A stretch of DNA of 64,000 nt, taken from contig CAYGBM010000035.1 in assembly GCA_964348225.1 (NCBI GenBank), positions 9,425 to 73,424 of the forward strand, given 5' to 3'. This DNA is from an uncultured Candidatus Saccharibacteria bacterium (GTDB lineage Bacteria; Patescibacteriota; Minisyncoccia; Minisyncoccales; CG1-02-41-26). How positions within the stretch are numbered: position 1 is the stretch's first letter; each line of letters begins with the position of its first letter. Below are positions 27,574-36,860 of this stretch, in pieces. A program made the position numbers and the translations under genes. The notes under the pieces were generated by a model. The model made no database searches. It was not told the DNA's origin and saw only the letters and a program-made list of their open reading frames with translations.

Positions 27574-28938
27574 TCACCTTGAACCAAACATTAATATTCC
27601 ATTACCAAGGCTGGTATAGAGATTTCCTATTATGGGTTCGGGTATCTGGATACCACAAGCACAGATAACGAGAAAAGGAGCATTGCCGATGGTTTCTTTC
27701 AATATCTGTGGCGATTTCGGCCTTTCACTCTCTGGAATAACATAGTGAGTTGCGCAACAATAACTATCTAATGCAAAAATAATCTTATCTTTTTCTATGC
27801 CAGAATTATCCATCGCTTTCCGGGGGGCAGAACGTAGCCTATTCAATAGTATCTCCCAGTCGCCTCTTAAAATCTTTAATTCATCACCTTCTTGTAGGGG
27901 AGAATCCAAAGCCATTGAAAGATCAGGTAATATTTTAACCAACAAATTAGGAACGTAAAATGTCTCTGCTCCAGGAACATTTAATATTCTGGCAAGAGGG
28001 TTAAGCGTGCTTGTTAAACGCGCCTTTGATACGTTGGCCTTCTCTGGATCTTTTATTTCTTCATCCAGAAGTCCCCCTATCAGTTCATTGTAAACTTCAG
28101 CCGCAGGCCTACCGTCAATTTCAATCAGCCTTTTTCCCTCTGCCTTTGTTACCATACCGCCCTTCTCGGTTATTTCAAAGCCATGTTCCCGGAATAAACC
28201 AATATTCAAATCAGTATAAACTACTGCTACGACTATACCATCATGAAAAACTTTATCGCCTCCAAATACCCTCCAATCTCCCCCTATGCCTCTGTCCACG
28301 GAGTACGCTCCAAATACAGGGACGTCTTTACCAAGCAAATCTGAAATACCCTTCAAAACTTCATCGTGCTCCATATCAAAAGATGGTATATTAATTACTA
28401 TATCAGGCATAACCATTTCTCCTTGCCCTGCATCTTCTATTGCTTGTGCAAGAGCTTGTTTTACGGCTTCCCTTGAAGAAATGCCATCAAGGGTCACACT
28501 GCCTACCCCCCAAACTATTCCAGGGGTTGCCACCCCCAGAATACCTAATGATTGAGAGGCGGCCGGATACCAAAAATAGCCCCCAGGGGTCATTACTCCG
28601 TAACCGCTGTTTCCTCCGATAATCTTAGTGTCCGGCAAAAGTCGTTTAACTTCGACCCATATTTTTTCTTCGTCATATCCAGAAGCGCAGTACAAAAAAG
28701 CAAAATCAGGGCTTCTCTCCAGCTCTTCTAAAACCATGGCGACCGCCTCTTGCACTGCCTGCTCTTCGTTTTCTACAACAGACCAACCCACGCTTGCAAC
28801 TGGTTCTTTTGATTCTTCAGTCGGAGGAAGAACTACTGGCCCAAGAGACTCTTCAGGAGAAATCCGCCTGACAAGATACCAAATGCTTCCTCCTGCTAAA
28901 ACAATAACTATTAATGCGATGATAATTTTTTTATTCAT
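27574..28938 (-). CDS. FIST-domain sensory protein with N-terminal TM anchor
   Basis: 454 aa. FAFLYCASGYDEEKIWVEVKRLLPDTKIIGGNSGYGVMTPGGY resembles FIST_N. Later VFGAYSVDRGIGG...FALDSYCCATHYV is consistent with FIST_C. Family call from memory. Confidence 0.45.
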   Translation of the reverse strand: MNKKIIIALIVIVLAGGSIWYLVRRISPEESLGPVVLPPTEESKEPVASVGWSVVENEEQAVQEAVAMVLEELERSPDFAFLYCASGYDEEKIWVEVKRLLPDTKIIGGNSGYGVMTPGGYFWYPAASQSLGILGVATPGIVWGVGSVTLDGISSREAVKQALAQAIEDAGQGEMVMPDIVINIPSFDMEHDEVLKGISDLLGKDVPVFGAYSVDRGIGGDWRVFGGDKVFHDGIVVAVVYTDLNIGLFREHGFEITEKGGMVTKAEGKRLIEIDGRPAAEVYNELIGGLLDEEIKDPEKANVSKARLTSTLNPLARILNVPGAETFYVPNLLVKILPDLSMALDSPLQEGDELKILRGDWEILLNRLRSAPRKAMDNSGIEKDKIIFALDSYCCATHYVIPESERPKSPQILKETIGNAPFLVICACGIQIPEPIIGNLYTSLGNGILMFGSR

Positions 28939-29229
28939 TTTTTATGGAAAGCTTAATACATTACCACAAGCCCTACAGCTGAATTCCTCGGCTATACAGA
29001 CAGCAATAATGCATAAAATTACTGAGTATATTTGCTCTCGACCTTTTTATACTTTCACCATTTTCTTCTTGAAACAGATCGCACTGCTCTTTATTTTAAT
29101 TATACTTTTAGCTCTCTTGGAAATCAACCGGGAACTATTTACTTCTTTAACCGGACATGCTATCATAAAAATAGTTTCTTCAGAGTTTATTCGGTTCTTT
29201 GTTCAAATGCCTAAAAAAGGAGAGCTTCA

Positions 29230-29664
29230 ATGAGGTGGAAAATTGGACTGGTAGTGATTATCGGCCTTATGTGGGGAGCGGTTATAATTGATAACTTACT
29301 GGGCAACCGGAAGAGCTTAAAGGTAGCAGCTTTCAACGACCTGGAGATAAGAGAGATCGTCTGCTTCAATAGCCTCGGAGATATTATCTGGATATCTACG
29401 GAGGAAGAATTAGGGAAACACATTCTACCTAGCCCCAACCCCGAAAGCCCAACAAAAATCATTGAGATTTTATATGATAGCAATAACCACTTTTTTGTAT
29501 TCTGTGAGTATAACCACTTAGAGAAATCACTAACAAACATTGGCCCTGCACGAAATGTAAAGTGCTGTAGTGACTACCTTAATGGGGCAGTTCTTCGATA
29601 CGTTCAAAGCCTTTCTGCTTCTGCAGGAGGCTTTTTCGTTGGTTCGTTTTTGATTAACTTCTAG
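29230..29664 (+). CDS. hypothetical membrane-anchored protein
   Basis: 144 aa with an N-terminal TM helix (IGLVVIIGLMWGAVII). No homolog recognised. Confidence 0.35.
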   Translation: MRWKIGLVVIIGLMWGAVIIDNLLGNRKSLKVAAFNDLEIREIVCFNSLGDIIWISTEEELGKHILPSPNPESPTKIIEILYDSNNHFFVFCEYNHLEKSLTNIGPARNVKCCSDYLNGAVLRYVQSLSASAGGFFVGSFLINF

Positions 29665-29665
29665 G

Positions 29666-31921
29666 TTAAAGCATTTCCAGATCTCCCCAATTTTTTCCCT
29701 GGCTCAAATCAACCCTTAAAGAAGCTTTCAATTTTACAATGTTCTCCATAATTTCTTTTATCTTCGAAGAAACTTCCTTTGTTTTATCTGCTTTAACCTC
29801 AAAAAGCAATTCATCGTGAACCTGCAAAATCATTCTTACGTTCTGTCTTAATGCCTCCCCGAATGTTTTTCTCATTTCAGAGTCAATCTTAACCATTGCC
29901 ATTTTCATAATATCGGCTGCTGTTCCCTGAATTGGAAAGTTGCGCGCCATTCTCTCAGCTGCTGCCCTTAATCTTGCATCTCTTGAATTGATCTCTGGCA
30001 AAAATCTTTTCCTGCCAAACAATGTCTCACTGAACCCCTCTTCTTTTATTGAAGCCACAGATTCTTCCGTATATTCAGCAATGCCCTTAAAGTCTTCAAA
30101 GTACTTTTTGATAAATTCTTGGGCTTGTTTGAAGGAAACACCCGTCCTTTCTGAAAAACTGTGAGGACCCATCCCGTATAAAACCCCAAAGTTCAAGGTT
30201 TTAGCCAGCCTCCTTTGTTCTTTTGTTACTTTTTTTTCTGGTACTCCAAAAATTTCAGTTGCTGTCATTGTGTGGATATCTTTTCCTTCTTTAAAAAATC
30301 CGAGCATCTTTCTATCTTCAGCAATGGAGGCAGCAATTCTTAATTCCATCTGTGAATAATCAGCAGAAACAAATTGAAATCCCTTATCTGGGACAAAGCA
30401 CTTTCTAATCTCTCTGCCCAATTCGCCCTTAATAGGAATGTTTTGGAGGTTAGGCTCTGAACAGCTCATCCTGCCTGTTTCTGTGCCCAACTGGTGAAAG
30501 TGAGGATGAATCCTGCCATCTTTGGGGCTAACCATCTTTGGCAAAGCATCAACAAAGCCTGACTTCAGCTTGAAAATTTTTCTGTATTGCAAAATCAGCC
30601 CGACAATAGGATGACCCTCTTTTAGCTTTGCGAGTTCAGCAGCCCCTGTTGAAACAGCGCCTCCCGGTGTTTTCTTCAACCCCTCAAGTGAAAGATGAAG
30701 CTTAGAAAAAAGAATCTCTGCCAGCTGCTGGGGAGAATTTAAATTGAAATCAGTGCCAGCTAACTTGTAGATCTTTTTCTCAAGGGCTGTAATCTTCTGC
30801 CCCAGCCCGGTTGAAAGATTCTTCAAGCATCTCTCGTCTATTTTGATTCCATACTGATTCATCTTTTCAACAATCGGCACTAAAGACTTTTCAATTTTAA
30901 CAATCTTTGCTGACAAAACCCCTTGTTCTTGCAATTTATCTATTTCCTGCTCCACCTTATCTTTCTGCTTTAAAGCCAAAGCTAGGTCAGAGCCAGGTTT
31001 AAGCCCAGGTAGTCTGTTTAACAGGGCGTAGAATTCAAAGCCTTGAAAAGTCTTGATAATTTCCTTTTTGTCAGGGCTCCTAAATTCACAATTCTTCAGC
31101 TTAAACCCAATAGGAACATCGCACTGGATTTCGGCTAAACGTTTTGAAAGAAGGGCTTGCTCTTTGTATTGCTTCAGCTTTTCCAAGACGCTTTTCTTAA
31201 TATTCTTCTCCTTAGCCTTTGCAATATCAAAAGAAGGCTTTTCAATTTCATCATAGAGCTTGTCTAAGCTGCCAAAATCCTGAAGCAGCTGAATAGCTGT
31301 TTTCTCTCCAATGCCACTAACCCCTGGAATATTATCTGAAACATCCCCCCTCAATGCCTTGAAATCCAAGAGCTGAGAAGGCTCCAAGCCTCCATATCTT
31401 TCTTTAACTTTTTCTGCGTCGTATAGCACCGTATCTTTTATACCTCTTCTCATTGTATAAACCTTTGTTTGGGGACCGACCAATTGCAAAGTGTCCAAAT
31501 CACCGCTTAAAATAATGCTCTCTATTTTTGGCAAAACCTGCTGGTTAGCAGCTGAACAAGCAATAGTGCCTATCAAATCATCGGCCTCAAAGCCCTGTTT
31601 TTCAAAAACAGGAACATTGAAAGCTCTAAGTACCCTTTTCACACCGTCAATCTGTTGATAAAGCTCATCAGGCGCTTTAACTCTTTTTGCCTTGTATTCC
31701 TTAAATTCCTTATGGCGGAAAGTGGGTCCTGGCAGGTCAAAGGCAGCTGCCACAAAATCAGGTCGTAATTCGCGAATAGCTTTCAAAAAAACCAAACAAA
31801 AACCATAAACAGCATTAACCAACTCTCCCTTCTTTGTTTTCAGAGGAGGTAGGGCATGATAAGCCCGATGGATTAAGGCATTGCTGTCTATAATTAAAAG
31901 TTTTTTGGGTCCAGCTGTCAT
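29666..31921 (-). CDS. polA: DNA polymerase I, short form (5'-3' exonuclease + polymerase; no room for a 3'-5' proofreading domain)
   Basis: N-terminal 5' nuclease motifs (LLIIDSNALIHRAYHAL, GFEADDLIGT). Polymerase motifs RRLAKTLNFGVLYGMGPHSFSE and LQVHDELLFE. Only 751 aa. Confidence 0.9.
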   Translation of the reverse strand: MTAGPKKLLIIDSNALIHRAYHALPPLKTKKGELVNAVYGFCLVFLKAIRELRPDFVAAAFDLPGPTFRHKEFKEYKAKRVKAPDELYQQIDGVKRVLRAFNVPVFEKQGFEADDLIGTIACSAANQQVLPKIESIILSGDLDTLQLVGPQTKVYTMRRGIKDTVLYDAEKVKERYGGLEPSQLLDFKALRGDVSDNIPGVSGIGEKTAIQLLQDFGSLDKLYDEIEKPSFDIAKAKEKNIKKSVLEKLKQYKEQALLSKRLAEIQCDVPIGFKLKNCEFRSPDKKEIIKTFQGFEFYALLNRLPGLKPGSDLALALKQKDKVEQEIDKLQEQGVLSAKIVKIEKSLVPIVEKMNQYGIKIDERCLKNLSTGLGQKITALEKKIYKLAGTDFNLNSPQQLAEILFSKLHLSLEGLKKTPGGAVSTGAAELAKLKEGHPIVGLILQYRKIFKLKSGFVDALPKMVSPKDGRIHPHFHQLGTETGRMSCSEPNLQNIPIKGELGREIRKCFVPDKGFQFVSADYSQMELRIAASIAEDRKMLGFFKEGKDIHTMTATEIFGVPEKKVTKEQRRLAKTLNFGVLYGMGPHSFSERTGVSFKQAQEFIKKYFEDFKGIAEYTEESVASIKEEGFSETLFGRKRFLPEINSRDARLRAAAERMARNFPIQGTAADIMKMAMVKIDSEMRKTFGEALRQNVRMILQVHDELLFEVKADKTKEVSSKIKEIMENIVKLKASLRVDLSQGKNWGDLEML

Positions 31922-32176
31922 TTTATAATTTTACTCTCAAGTTGCTCCAAAAACAACCAAAAAAACAGGCATGATAACCTGCTTTTTTTCTCGCCCTGTT
32001 AGACAAAAAGCTTTCTTTCTCTAACAGGGCGAGGAGAGGATGGACCCCAATTCCAGAAACCCCTTGGCTGAGCGGATGTTGCTCAGGGATACCCAAAGCT
32101 CCTTTCATCGAGTTCCTTACATCCTTCCACCTCCCCTCAATCTCTATTTTATTCTTCCAAAGGATTATGTCAACCC

Positions 32177-32210
32177 CCACACCAAACGAAGTTATGGTGT
32201 GGGGGTCAAC
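32177..32210. repeat. GC-rich hairpin cccccacacc-aaacgaagttat-ggtgtggggg (empty copy of the element family that hosts the GIY-YIG gene)
   Basis: 10-bp perfect stem. Same sequence at 41761-41795, directly abutting the ruvC stop. Half-sites flank the GIY-YIG ORF at 2536/2853. Confidence 0.6.
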
Positions 32211-32243
32211 CCCGTTAGAGATTAAGAGGTGTGAATTGCAAGA

Positions 32244-32723
32244 CTAAAAATTTTTAACCGTAATTCTTCTTTTCGTCTGGTTTATAAAATCAAATTTTAC
32301 AACCAAGCAATTGCTTGGTAGAATTTTCTTGACCCTGTCTGCCCATTCAACAGCTACAATGTTCTTGGGGTCGGATATAATCTCTCTAAATCCGATGGCC
32401 AAAATTTCCTGTGGCTTTTCTATTCTGTAGCAATCAATATGATAAAACAGTTGGTAGTTTGTAGTTTGTAGTTTGTAGTTCTTTACGATGACAAAAGTTG
32501 GGCTCAGTATCTTCTCCTTGATTCCCAAGCCCTCAGCAAAGCCTTGCAGAAAGGTTGTTTTTCCTCCGCCCAAATCACCTTCTAAAGCAATAACAACAGC
32601 ATTGTTTCGGTATTTGTCCGAATCCTTACTGTCCCTATTTTTCTTGCTATTCTTTAAAATTTTCTTGGCTAATTTCCTGCCTAAAGCCCTTGTTTGCTTT
32701 GCTGAAGACGTTAAGTATTGCAT
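32244..32723 (-). CDS. tsaE: tRNA threonylcarbamoyladenosine biosynthesis protein TsaE
   Basis: ALEGDLGGGKTTFLQGFAEGLGI...SPTFVIVKNY is the TsaE/YjeE P-loop family. Contains an in-frame (tagtttg)4 microsatellite at 32453-32481 (KLQTTNYQLF). Confidence 0.8.
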   Translation of the reverse strand: MQYLTSSAKQTRALGRKLAKKILKNSKKNRDSKDSDKYRNNAVVIALEGDLGGGKTTFLQGFAEGLGIKEKILSPTFVIVKNYKLQTTNYQLFYHIDCYRIEKPQEILAIGFREIISDPKNIVAVEWADRVKKILPSNCLVVKFDFINQTKRRITVKNF

Positions 32724-32785
32724 AATTTAATCGGATTTCATTGACATTGGAAGAATTTTTGGCTAACTTTGAATAATGTAACATT

Positions 32786-33892
32786 ATGAGTATGCCAGAA
32801 GAATTAGAAAAAGCAAAACAACTAATCGAAAGGGCAACCAACATTACTATTGTTCCTCCGCCAGATTTTCAAAGGGACAGCTTTCCAGCCTCTATTGCCC
32901 TCTTTTTAAGTTTAAAAAAACTGGGAAAGAATGTAAACCTGTTAGCTGAGAACTACCCAGAAAGGTTTAAATTCTTGACCGAGAAAGAGGCTGTCTATCC
33001 CTTCCGAGCAGATTTTTTAATCACGGTCAGAGAAGCTGGTGCAAAGCTGGCCAATCTTTTTTATGAAAAAACAGAAAATGGCTTAAACCTTTTTCTTAAA
33101 ACAAATGGCAATGCCTTAAAAAAGGAGGATGTTGTCCTGCAAGCTTTAGAGCCCATATCTCTTGAAAGCCTTTTTATAACTGTTGGGGTTAAAGAACTTA
33201 AAAAAATAGAAAATATTTTAACTAACAGCTCAGCTGGTTTAATAAACATAGACAATCAATTGGAGAATGAGAATTTTGGTGAAGCAAATTTAGTTGAAAT
33301 AAGTTCGCCCACCCTTTCAGAAATAGTTTTAGAGCTCCTTTGTTTAATCAATGAAGATATTGTTGACAGAAAAACAGCCGATGCTTTGCTTGCTGGAATT
33401 ATATACGGCACCTCAAGCTTCCAAAGCCCAAGAATCAATTCTCAAACCTTTCAAAAGGTGAGCTGCTTGCTTGAAAAGGGAGCTAACCTGAAGGAAACAA
33501 GCCTCCGTTTGTACGGAATGCTCGAAAGGGGCTCGCTTCGAATCTTTGGCACTCTAATCAACAAAATACATATTGAAAGAAAACAAAGCCTTGCTTGGGC
33601 CCTTTTGGAAAAAAGAGATTTTGAGAAAACTAACTCATCTGCTTTGAGCCTAAGATTTGCTTTGAAAAAATTAAGTTCTGGCATTTTTCCGTTCCAGAAC
33701 TTTTTAGTGCTTTGGGAGGTGGAATCTTCTCCTTTGTCTGTTAGAGGGGTGTTTTATTCCCCGAGTCAAAAAAAGCTTGAAAAAATATTAGAGAATTTTG
33801 AAGGAGGCCAAAAAGGCAATGGGGTATTGTTCAAAACAAAAGAAACAGACCCTGAAAAAGTAAAGGACAAAGTATTAGAAATTATAGCTTAA
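32786..33892 (+). CDS. DHH/DHHA1-like (NrnA-like) protein with degenerate catalytic motifs
   Basis: 368 aa. Overall architecture resembles NrnA-type phosphoesterases, but no DHH triad is visible. C-terminal GGQKGNG replaces the GGGH motif. Confidence 0.3.
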   Translation: MSMPEELEKAKQLIERATNITIVPPPDFQRDSFPASIALFLSLKKLGKNVNLLAENYPERFKFLTEKEAVYPFRADFLITVREAGAKLANLFYEKTENGLNLFLKTNGNALKKEDVVLQALEPISLESLFITVGVKELKKIENILTNSSAGLINIDNQLENENFGEANLVEISSPTLSEIVLELLCLINEDIVDRKTADALLAGIIYGTSSFQSPRINSQTFQKVSCLLEKGANLKETSLRLYGMLERGSLRIFGTLINKIHIERKQSLAWALLEKRDFEKTNSSALSLRFALKKLSSGIFPFQNFLVLWEVESSPLSVRGVFYSPSQKKLEKILENFEGGQKGNGVLFKTKETDPEKVKDKVLEIIA

Positions 33893-33902
33893 AGAGCTTA
33901 AC

Positions 33903-35210
33903 GTGCAAAAGATTATTGGCCAAATAACGATTGAGCCAGCCCGCCTAAAACAGCTTACCTCATCGATAAAGAATATTGCTGCTTTGCAAAAAGAGCTTAA
34001 GGTGGGCTTGGCTAAAGAAACAACCCAGCTTTTGGAGATTGTTTTGGTGGGGGCAATAAATCTTGAAGCATCTGATGTTCACATAGAGCCTGGAGAGGAA
34101 AAAACCAAATTCAGGTTAAGGGTTGACGGAATGCTCCACGACATTGCCCTCACTGACCCAAAAATCTACGAAAGCCTTCTTTCCAGAATCAAGCTTTTGT
34201 CGGGTATTAAGTTGAATATTACCGAGCAGGCTCAAGACGGCAGGTTCAGCGTAGAGCTTGGTCAAAAAACAATAGAGATAAGAAGCTCAACCCTGCCCTC
34301 GGAATATGGAGAGGCCATTGTTTTAAGAATTTTGGATCCGAAAAACTTAATCGAAATAGAGAAGCTTGGCATTCGAGAAGATATAATAGAGGTTTTCAAA
34401 AAAGAAATCTCCCAGCCCAACGGCATGGTTATTATAACCGGCCCCACTGGCTCTGGTAAAACCACAACCTTGTATTCAATTTTAAACAGGATCAAAAGGG
34501 AAGAACTCAAGATAATAACTATTGAAGACCCCATTGAATATCATTTAGAAGGAATCTCTCAAAGCCAAGTTAATCCAAAAAAGAGCTATGATTTTGCCAC
34601 AGGGCTTCAATCAATTGTCCGGCAAGACCCTGATGTAATATTAGTGGGCGAAATCAGAGACCTGGAAACAGCGAAAATCGCCATTCAGGCCGCCCTGACA
34701 GGCCATCTGGTTCTAACCACCCTCCACACCAATGATGCAGCAGGCACCATTGCCAGGCTCCAAGCCCTGGGAGAAAAGCCTGTAAATATTGCTCCAGCCA
34801 TCAGGTTGGCGGTTGCTCAGAGGCTGGTTAGAAGAGTCTGTGAAAAATGTTCCAAGCTCACAACTGTTTCTCCAAAAGACTTAGCCCGACTTAAGCAAGG
34901 CTTGAAGGCCCTGCCTAAGAAAGCAAAAACAAGCATAAAACTTCCTGTGTTGGGCAAAAAATTAAAAATTCCCAAGACCAAAGGCTGCAAATACTGCAAC
35001 TTTACTGGATTTCGGGGCAGAACGGGCGTGTTTGAATTTTTTCTGGTTGATGACGAAATGGAAAACTTTGTTGTGAAATCTCCTTCTATTGCTGAATTAC
35101 GGAAAAAAGCAAGGCTAAGAGGCATGGTTAGCATGAAAGAAGATGCCCTAATCAAGGTTATCAAAGGCATCACCACTATTGAAGAAGTGGAGAGGGTGGT
35201 TGGAAGATAA
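33903..35210 (+). CDS. type II/IV secretion-family ATPase (PilB/GspE-like)
   Basis: Walker A VIITGPTGSGKTTTLYSIL, DPIEY, Walker B/His box ILVGEIRD / GHLVLTTLHTND. Tetracysteine C-x2-C ... C-x2-C zinc motif (CEKCSK...CKYCNF). Confidence 0.85.
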   Translation: MQKIIGQITIEPARLKQLTSSIKNIAALQKELKVGLAKETTQLLEIVLVGAINLEASDVHIEPGEEKTKFRLRVDGMLHDIALTDPKIYESLLSRIKLLSGIKLNITEQAQDGRFSVELGQKTIEIRSSTLPSEYGEAIVLRILDPKNLIEIEKLGIREDIIEVFKKEISQPNGMVIITGPTGSGKTTTLYSILNRIKREELKIITIEDPIEYHLEGISQSQVNPKKSYDFATGLQSIVRQDPDVILVGEIRDLETAKIAIQAALTGHLVLTTLHTNDAAGTIARLQALGEKPVNIAPAIRLAVAQRLVRRVCEKCSKLTTVSPKDLARLKQGLKALPKKAKTSIKLPVLGKKLKIPKTKGCKYCNFTGFRGRTGVFEFFLVDDEMENFVVKSPSIAELRKKARLRGMVSMKEDALIKVIKGITTIEEVERVVGR

Positions 35211-35224
35211 AGAATGTAAACAAA

Positions 35225-35330
35225 ACCCGCTCAAATTTTGTCCTAAAATCTCCAGCAACCCTATAATACCCAAAGGTTAGCGATTGACTAAAGTATAGTT
35301 ACAATATTCTAGGACAAAATTTGAGCGGGT
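35225..35330. repeat. 21-bp near-perfect inverted repeat (acccgctcaaattttgtccta / taggacaaaatttgagcgggt) enclosing a ~63-nt loop
   Basis: Directly observed, between pilB-like stop and ruvB start. Candidate structured RNA or MITE-like remnant. Confidence 0.4.
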
Positions 35331-35535
35331 AAAAGTTAGCCAAAAGCCACCTTAAAAGAGCTTTTGAGGCCAGAATCCCTTTTCGGGCACAACCTCGCCT
35401 GAGCCAGATTGGCTATACAAAAAGAGATTCCTTGTTTGGCTTTAGGCTAACCCTTACATTGTAGTATATTTTTAAAAAAATGTCAAGTCCTTTCTCTTTT
35501 AGGGATTGTTTAAAATGTCCTAAGGACAAACTTAT

Positions 35536-36549
35536 ATGGGGCTTAAAAAAATACAAGACAATTTGGAAAAAGAAGATGCCCTAGACCTAACCCTCCGGCC
35601 TAGGACATGGAAAGACTATGTAGGACAAGACAAGGTTAAAGAAAATGTCAAAATTATCATTGAGGCAGCCAAACAGAGAGAAGAAACTGCTGAGCACTTG
35701 CTTTTTTATGGAAATCCCGGCCTTGGCAAAACAAGCATCTCTTATTTAGTGGCAAAGGAAATGGCTGCTGATATTAAAACAACCTCAGGTCCTGCGATTG
35801 AACGGGCTGGTGATTTGGCTGCCATTTTAACAAACCTTCAAGAAGGGGGCATTCTTTTTTGCGATGAAATACACAGGCTATCCCGCGTCATAGAAGAATA
35901 TTTGTACCCAGCAATGGAAGATTTTAAGCTGAACCTGATTTTGGGCAAGGGAGCCATGGCAAGAACAATGGAGCTGAAAATTCCCAGATTCACCCTGATT
36001 GGAGCTACAACCCGTTTAGCTTCTATCTCAAGCCCTCTCCGGTCAAGATTCGGAGCAGTCTTTGGGCTTAACTTTTATAGTGTTGAAGATATTGAAAAAA
36101 TCCTTGAGAGGTCATCAAGAATTCTAAAAATCGCAGCAGACAAGCAAGCTTTAAAAATAATAGCAAAATGCTCCCGCTTTACCCCAAGAACCGCCAACCA
36201 CCTTTTAAAAAGGGTAAGAGACTTTGCCCAGGTCAAGGGAAAGGGTAAAATTACCCCATCAATAGCTCAAGAGGCGCTTGGCGCCTTAGAAATCGATGAA
36301 CTAGGCTTAACCTCAAATGACAGAATGGTTTTAGAAGCAATTGTCAAGAAGTTTGACGGTGGCCCGGTAGGCCTTCAAACTCTGGCTGCAGCGACCGCTG
36401 AAGAAGAAGAAACAATTCTTGACATCTACGAGCCCTACCTGATAAGAATCGGCTTTGTTGCCAGAACCCCTCGGGGCAGGGTAGCTACCAAGCACGCTTT
36501 TCAGCATCTCAAAACAAAACCCAAGGGTTCTCAAAAACCTCTTTTTTGA
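35536..36549 (+). CDS. ruvB: Holliday junction DNA helicase RuvB
   Basis: LRPRTWKDYVGQDKVKENV...LLFYGNPGLGKTS. AAA+ sensor motifs. C-terminal winged helix. Confidence 0.9.
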   Translation: MGLKKIQDNLEKEDALDLTLRPRTWKDYVGQDKVKENVKIIIEAAKQREETAEHLLFYGNPGLGKTSISYLVAKEMAADIKTTSGPAIERAGDLAAILTNLQEGGILFCDEIHRLSRVIEEYLYPAMEDFKLNLILGKGAMARTMELKIPRFTLIGATTRLASISSPLRSRFGAVFGLNFYSVEDIEKILERSSRILKIAADKQALKIIAKCSRFTPRTANHLLKRVRDFAQVKGKGKITPSIAQEALGALEIDELGLTSNDRMVLEAIVKKFDGGPVGLQTLAAATAEEEETILDIYEPYLIRIGFVARTPRGRVATKHAFQHLKTKPKGSQKPLF

Positions 36550-36860
36550 AAACCATGAAGAAAACAAGGCTTTTGCCTATTTTAACTATTTTTTTCTTAG
36601 CTGTGCTAATAACAGGAGGGAGCTGGTTTTACGCAAGAAAACCCCTTACACTTGATGCTTCAATAACAAAGAGGGGGCTCCCTCTGCCTTATTGGATCCA
36701 CACAACAGCAGCCTTCGACTTTGGCAGAGATCATCTGCCAACATTCTCACCAAAATGGCATTGGTCAATTATGGCTGTGGATTTTGTTTTTTGGTGTTTA
36801 GTCTTAGGAATGGGCTATTTGTTTTTAAGACTCTTTTTAAAACGAAAAAAATCAGAATGA
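36546..36860 (+). CDS. small 2-TM membrane protein
   Basis: 104 aa. Overlaps ruvB stop and the start of the next gene (ATGA), so it sits in the operon. Confidence 0.4.
   Translation: MKTMKKTRLLPILTIFFLAVLITGGSWFYARKPLTLDASITKRGLPLPYWIHTTAAFDFGRDHLPTFSPKWHWSIMAVDFVFWCLVLGMGYLFLRLFLKRKKSE

Noticed and set aside
28628-29233. 201-aa plus-strand ORF overlapping the FIST gene end
   Set aside because: It is antisense to a well-supported gene for half its length. It has low-complexity Ser/Thr composition and no start context.
31923-32180. 85-aa minus-strand ORF between polA and tsaE
   Set aside because: It is built on the GC hairpin repeat and leader sequence and has no protein-like features. It is more likely the polA promoter/5'-UTR.
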